Below are positions 60,020 through 64,000 of a DNA stretch of 64,000 nucleotides, piece by piece. Position 1 is the stretch's first letter; each line of letters begins with the position of its first letter. The notes beneath the pieces were generated by a model. That model saw only the letters and a program-made list of their open reading frames with translations. It ran no database searches and was not told where the DNA came from. Position numbers and translations under genes: made by a program. The stretch comes from Ginglymostoma cirratum (lineage: Eukaryota): NCBI GenBank assembly GCA_024137785.1, contig JAHRHZ010000263.1:37136843-37200842 (forward strand), written 5' to 3'.

Positions 60020-60910
60020 CTTGCATTTATATAGCACTTTCCACCTCCACTGGATGTCTGAAGGAGGAGACGCCTGTGCACAGAGGATTTACCAGGATGT
60101 TGCCTGGCCTGGAGAGTTTTGGTTTTGAAAAGAGATTGGACAGACTGGGATTATTTTCCTTGAAGCAGAGGAGACTGAGGGGGGACATAATTGAGATGTA
60201 TAAAATGTTGTGGGGCATTGACTGGGCAGACAGGAAGAAACTTGTGCCCTTGGTGGAGGGATCATTGACCAGGGGGCATAGATTTAAGGTAAAGGGTAGG
60301 AAGTTTAGAGGAGATGTGAGGAAAAAGTTTTTTAACTCAAGAGGTTGGCGAGAGTCTCAAACTCACTTCCTGGTAGACACAAAAAGCCTCACAACATTCA
60401 AGAAGCATTTAGATGTGCACTTGCGAAGCCAAGGCATATGGACCAAGTGATGGAAAATAGGTTTGTATAGGTAACTGGTTGTTTTGACTGGCACTGACTC
60501 AATGGGTCATTTTTTTCTGTGCTATAGATCTCTATGGCTCAAAGTGCAGAAACAGCCATTGATGTACTTCATGAAGTGTAATCACTGTTGTAATGTAGGA
60601 AATCCAGTCGTTAATTGGCATTCAACAAACTCTCATAAACAGTAATGTAATTCTTATCAGATAATCTACTTATCTTTAAGGGGTTAACTGAGGGATATAT
60701 TTTGGCCATGACACCAGGGATAACTTCATTGCTAGGGCATCTTGTATGTTCAGCCAAGCAGGCAGATGGTGTCCTGGTTGAACATCTCGTCTGGAAGATG
60801 GCATCTCTGACAGTGCGGCATTCCCTCAACACAGCAGAGGAGTGTCAGCCTTGATTCTTTAAACATGATTTTCAACACAGAATCTTGTGACTCAAGATTG
60901 AGTGTGCTAT
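60020..60910 (-). mobile_element. Deu-domain SINE split by a CR1 insertion
   Basis: Tail ttgcatttatatagcac...ggatgtct resumes at caaagtgc near 60540; it includes gagggatatattttggcc and aacatctcgtctggaagatggcatctctgacagtgcggcattccctc. Confidence 0.72.
60062..60539 (+). mobile_element. CR1 3' fragment nested in the Deu SINE
   Basis: FTRMLPGLE..RLDRLGLFSLKQRRLRGDIIEMYK. Confidence 0.82.
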
Positions 60911-62304
60911 GAAATCCTGTTGAGTTTGCTACAAAATGGACCACGGCTGACACAAGTTCAAAGTGGAGAATGGAAAACATAATTTATGGGAATATTTCTT
61001 TTGGTTGTCGAAATACTAATTATGATTAGAAAATGCTGAGAACATGCAACCAGCCCTTCAGAGTCTGACAAGAGAACAGCCAGGAAGGAGTCCAATTTGT
61101 TTTATATGTTTTAGATGCAGTGGGGCTTGTTTCTGTTTGCTGTGTGTTCTTGCTTTCCTTTACCAAGTCTGTGTGTAATGTGAAGCTGACTGTAGTTATC
61201 TTATTATTGAGGAGTGATGTTCACAATCAGCTCATGCTGCTTGGCTCAAGGAACTGCAAACTGCTGTTCCCTTAAGCTGCATTGGAAATCGCTTTTTAAT
61301 GTGGATTTATATTTTTTCACAGCTGCTTTAAACCAAATTCTAGGTTTCACAGTTGTCTCACACACTTTATAGCGTTTGTCAGAATTATTTTTTGTGCCGT
61401 TAACCATGATATAAACATTGTGATGTTTGGTGATTATGTTGTGCAATAGCCTGTTTGTGGTTTTAGAAGCAGGAGGCCACTCACTATCCACCCCATTGTG
61501 TTATGAATGCTTGATGAGGCTCAATTCCAGTTGTAAGCTACAGATATTTGAACTCTCAAGCATCTCGTCAGTGATGCCAGCTTGTGGCTTTTTTATGTTT
61601 TATTGGAGAATTACACATTTTTTTTGTTTTGGCAGGCCATGATGGAAAAACTGGACCTAGCAGTCCAAACCATAAATGGCTTCATGTCAGCACTGCAGCT
61701 AAAGATAGTCTAGTGTTACTGAGCCATTCAGAACCTGAACAAGTTCGGGAGAGTACACCCCCTTGGTTTGAAGTCCCCTGGCCCTGTACCCACGCTACTT
61801 TCCCATGAGGCCGCATTATGATGTGCCTAAGGCTTTTAGCTGTGCACTCTCAGTTGATATTGAATGGCACTTCTGTTCTGCTCTTTGCTCCTGTTTTCAG
61901 CTCACATGCTTTACCTATCACAGTGGTCCATCAACACCCTCTGTAAACGCATACTGAAAACTTGGGGTCGGACTTTCCCTTCCTCAATCAGGACAGGATA
62001 CAGGTGGGATTTGCAAAAGCACAGGCAGCCTGGAAGTCAACGCTAACTCTGCTGACAGAACTAGGACTTGGGGGTGGCCAATAGGGAGTCTTGAAGTCAG
62101 GAGAGAGCTTGTAAACTGACTTCCTGAGTTTTTTATGTAGGTTGCCAACCACCAAGCGATCTCTGAATCTGACCAGCTCCAACATGGTTTAAACAGCGTT
62201 AAAAAGGTTTGATAGAAAAACAGGGCATGGTGTGGGTGACAAAGAAAAGCTACTGAACAGCAATGAGATGTTCTGGATCCTGAGTGAAATACAAACACCA
62301 AACA

Positions 62305-62428
62305 ATTCTGAAGAAGAGTCATAGCGGACTCAAAAAATTCATTTATTTCTCTCTGCCAGGCCTGTTGGATTTCTCCATCTTTTTTGGTCTTTGTTTCAGG
62401 TTTCCAGCAACCGTAGTATTTTGCTTTT
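62305..62428 (+). mobile_element. Hammerhead-headed Penelope-like short unit
   Basis: CTGAAGA-A-GAGTC-ATAGCG-GACTC-AAAA: stem II is intact and GAAA appears lost by CpG decay. The family tail follows. Confidence 0.6.
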
Positions 62429-62579
62429 AATTGAGCATCATATTTCCACCCACACCATCCCCCCACCCCACGGCTCCTGCTACCTGCACGAGTTTGATTG
62501 CTGCCAAAACCTGCGTTTTTCCCTTACCATGTAGAATGCTGATTGGCTGAAGCACAGCCTGAAGGCTTTTCACTGGGCC

Positions 62580-63050
62580 TTGATGTGGAGGATGCAGAGG
62601 AGATTTACCGGAATGGCACCAGGATGAGAGGTTTCAGATCCTTTTAGTTTAAAGCAGTTCGAACTGTTCTCCTTGGAGCAGAGAAAGATAAAGCAAGGTC
62701 TAACACAGTGGTGTTCAAAATTGTGAAAGGCCTGAATAGAGTAGCTAGAGAAACTGTTTTCATAGGCAGAGAGTCAGTAGCCAGTGAACATGCATTTCAA
62801 GGCATGTGGAAGATGAGGACTTCTCTTTCCTAACTCAGTGGGTTGTTCTGATCTGGAATGCATGATCTGAAAGGATGATCGCAGCAGGTTTAGTAGCAAC
62901 TTTCAAAAATAAATAGGATATATACTTTGAAAAGGAACATTTCCCGGGCAATAGAAAAAGAATGGGCTCTTAGGGCTAATTGGATCTTGTCTCCGAGAGC
63001 GTACCGGGGTATGAAGTGTGAGTGGGCCCTTTCTATGCCATTTTATGACT
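62580..63050 (+). mobile_element. Old CR1 3' fragment
   Basis: gcagaggagatttaccggaatggcaccagg..ctccttggagcagagaag..atctggaatgca. Confidence 0.6.
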
Positions 63051-63699
63051 GGGACAAAGGCAATGGGGCATGAGTTTATGGGGGTTGGTGATGATGGACT
63101 GCTTAACCCCACTAACTCAGAAGGAAAGTCGGCAGTTAGCCGACAGACTGAGAGGAACCCCGCCCTGCAATCCTTCTGTGCTGTGAATGGGATAAAGTGG
63201 TGTGGATTGGGAATTCAGTCCCTCCCTTTGGAGCTGCCGGCTATGCTGATTGGCTAGTGGCTCCAGTAGTCCCAACAGTGCCAGGTGCTTGGTCATTGGC
63301 AGTTGTCGGGGCAACAGTAGGCAGGTCCAAATGCGGATGGTTGTGCATGGTGGGGGGCAGGTTGAATTATTGGACAGAGAGGGTTTGGCCACTGTAGGGA
63401 GGGGGCAAGTTAAGGGTGTGGAGGGAGTTTGATAGAGCAAGCAGATAGGAAGGAAGAGGAGAGTACTGTCTTTTGTGGGCCCCCTGTTCAAAGGACATGA
63501 ACCCCCATCAAAAATGAACCACCCACCTTTTTCTTGCCCTTTAAAAAAGTTTAAAAACTTAAAACTTGAAGATAATGGGCTGCCCATTCCCTGTCCACCT
63601 GCCCACACCAACTATATTTTGGCATGGGCGGCATAACAATCCATCATTAAGAAACATAATTGACCCCGAGTTATTTATTTAGACATGAAGAATGGGTAG

Positions 63700-64000
63700 A
63701 AACATAGGAATTAGGAGCAGGAGTAGGAAATTTAGTCCTTCAAGCCTGCTCGGCTGTTTAACACAACCACGGCTGATCTTACCCTGGCCTCAACCCTACT
63801 TTCCTGCCTGCTCCCCATAACCCTTTATCTCTCTTTTCATCAGAAACTTATTTATTTATTTCTTGAGTCTGTTTGTTGACTCTGCCTCCAATGTACTCTA
63901 GCGCAGTGAGTTCCACAGATTCACACCTTCTGAGAAAGGTAGTTTCTCCTCATTTCAATTTTGAACCTCCCTCCTCTCACTGTATATCTATGACCTCTTG
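63700..64000 (-). mobile_element. CR1 3'UTR and ORF2 end, running off the window
   Basis: aacataggaattaggagcaggagtagg..cagtgagttccacagattcac (the NLWNSL motif on the minus strand). Confidence 0.75.

Noticed and set aside
43987-64000. Expected next ARHGEF17 exon (DLLKHT...)
   Set aside because: No matching peptide with splice sites was found, so it is presumed to lie beyond the window.
1-64000. CRISPR arrays, operons or prokaryotic defence systems
   Set aside because: The sequence is vertebrate intronic DNA with no repeat-spacer arrays or dense coding regions.

Overview
Eukaryotic (cartilaginous fish, shark-like) genomic DNA, mostly intronic and rich in transposons. Three phase-0 coding exons on the + strand (9451-9633, 41651-41767, 43894-43986) splice into part of the DH (RhoGEF) domain of an ARHGEF17-type gene. 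The introns are 32.0 kb, about 2.1 kb and apparently more than 20 kb. The rest is mostly decayed retroelements: CR1/HER1-type LINE fragments (one young, near-intact RT), a second CR1-group LINE family, a Rex1/Babar fragment, HE1-type V-SINEs, Deu-domain SINEs and other tRNA-derived SINEs. There is also a 33-bp minisatellite containing an assembly gap. Almost all long ORFs in the track are LINE reverse-transcriptase remnants. The most interesting signal is about 15 copies of short (about 50-290 bp) Penelope-like units that begin with a minimal hammerhead-ribozyme motif (stem I-CUGANGA-stem II-GAAA-CG-UH-stem I). Several form palindromes and several have clear 10-14 bp target-site duplications. 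Other oddities are a head-to-head SINE pair inside one TSD, a three-level nested insertion, a local templated duplication and a candidate poison exon. All calls were made by eye without alignment tools, so repeat boundaries are approximate and family names come from recalled consensus sequences.
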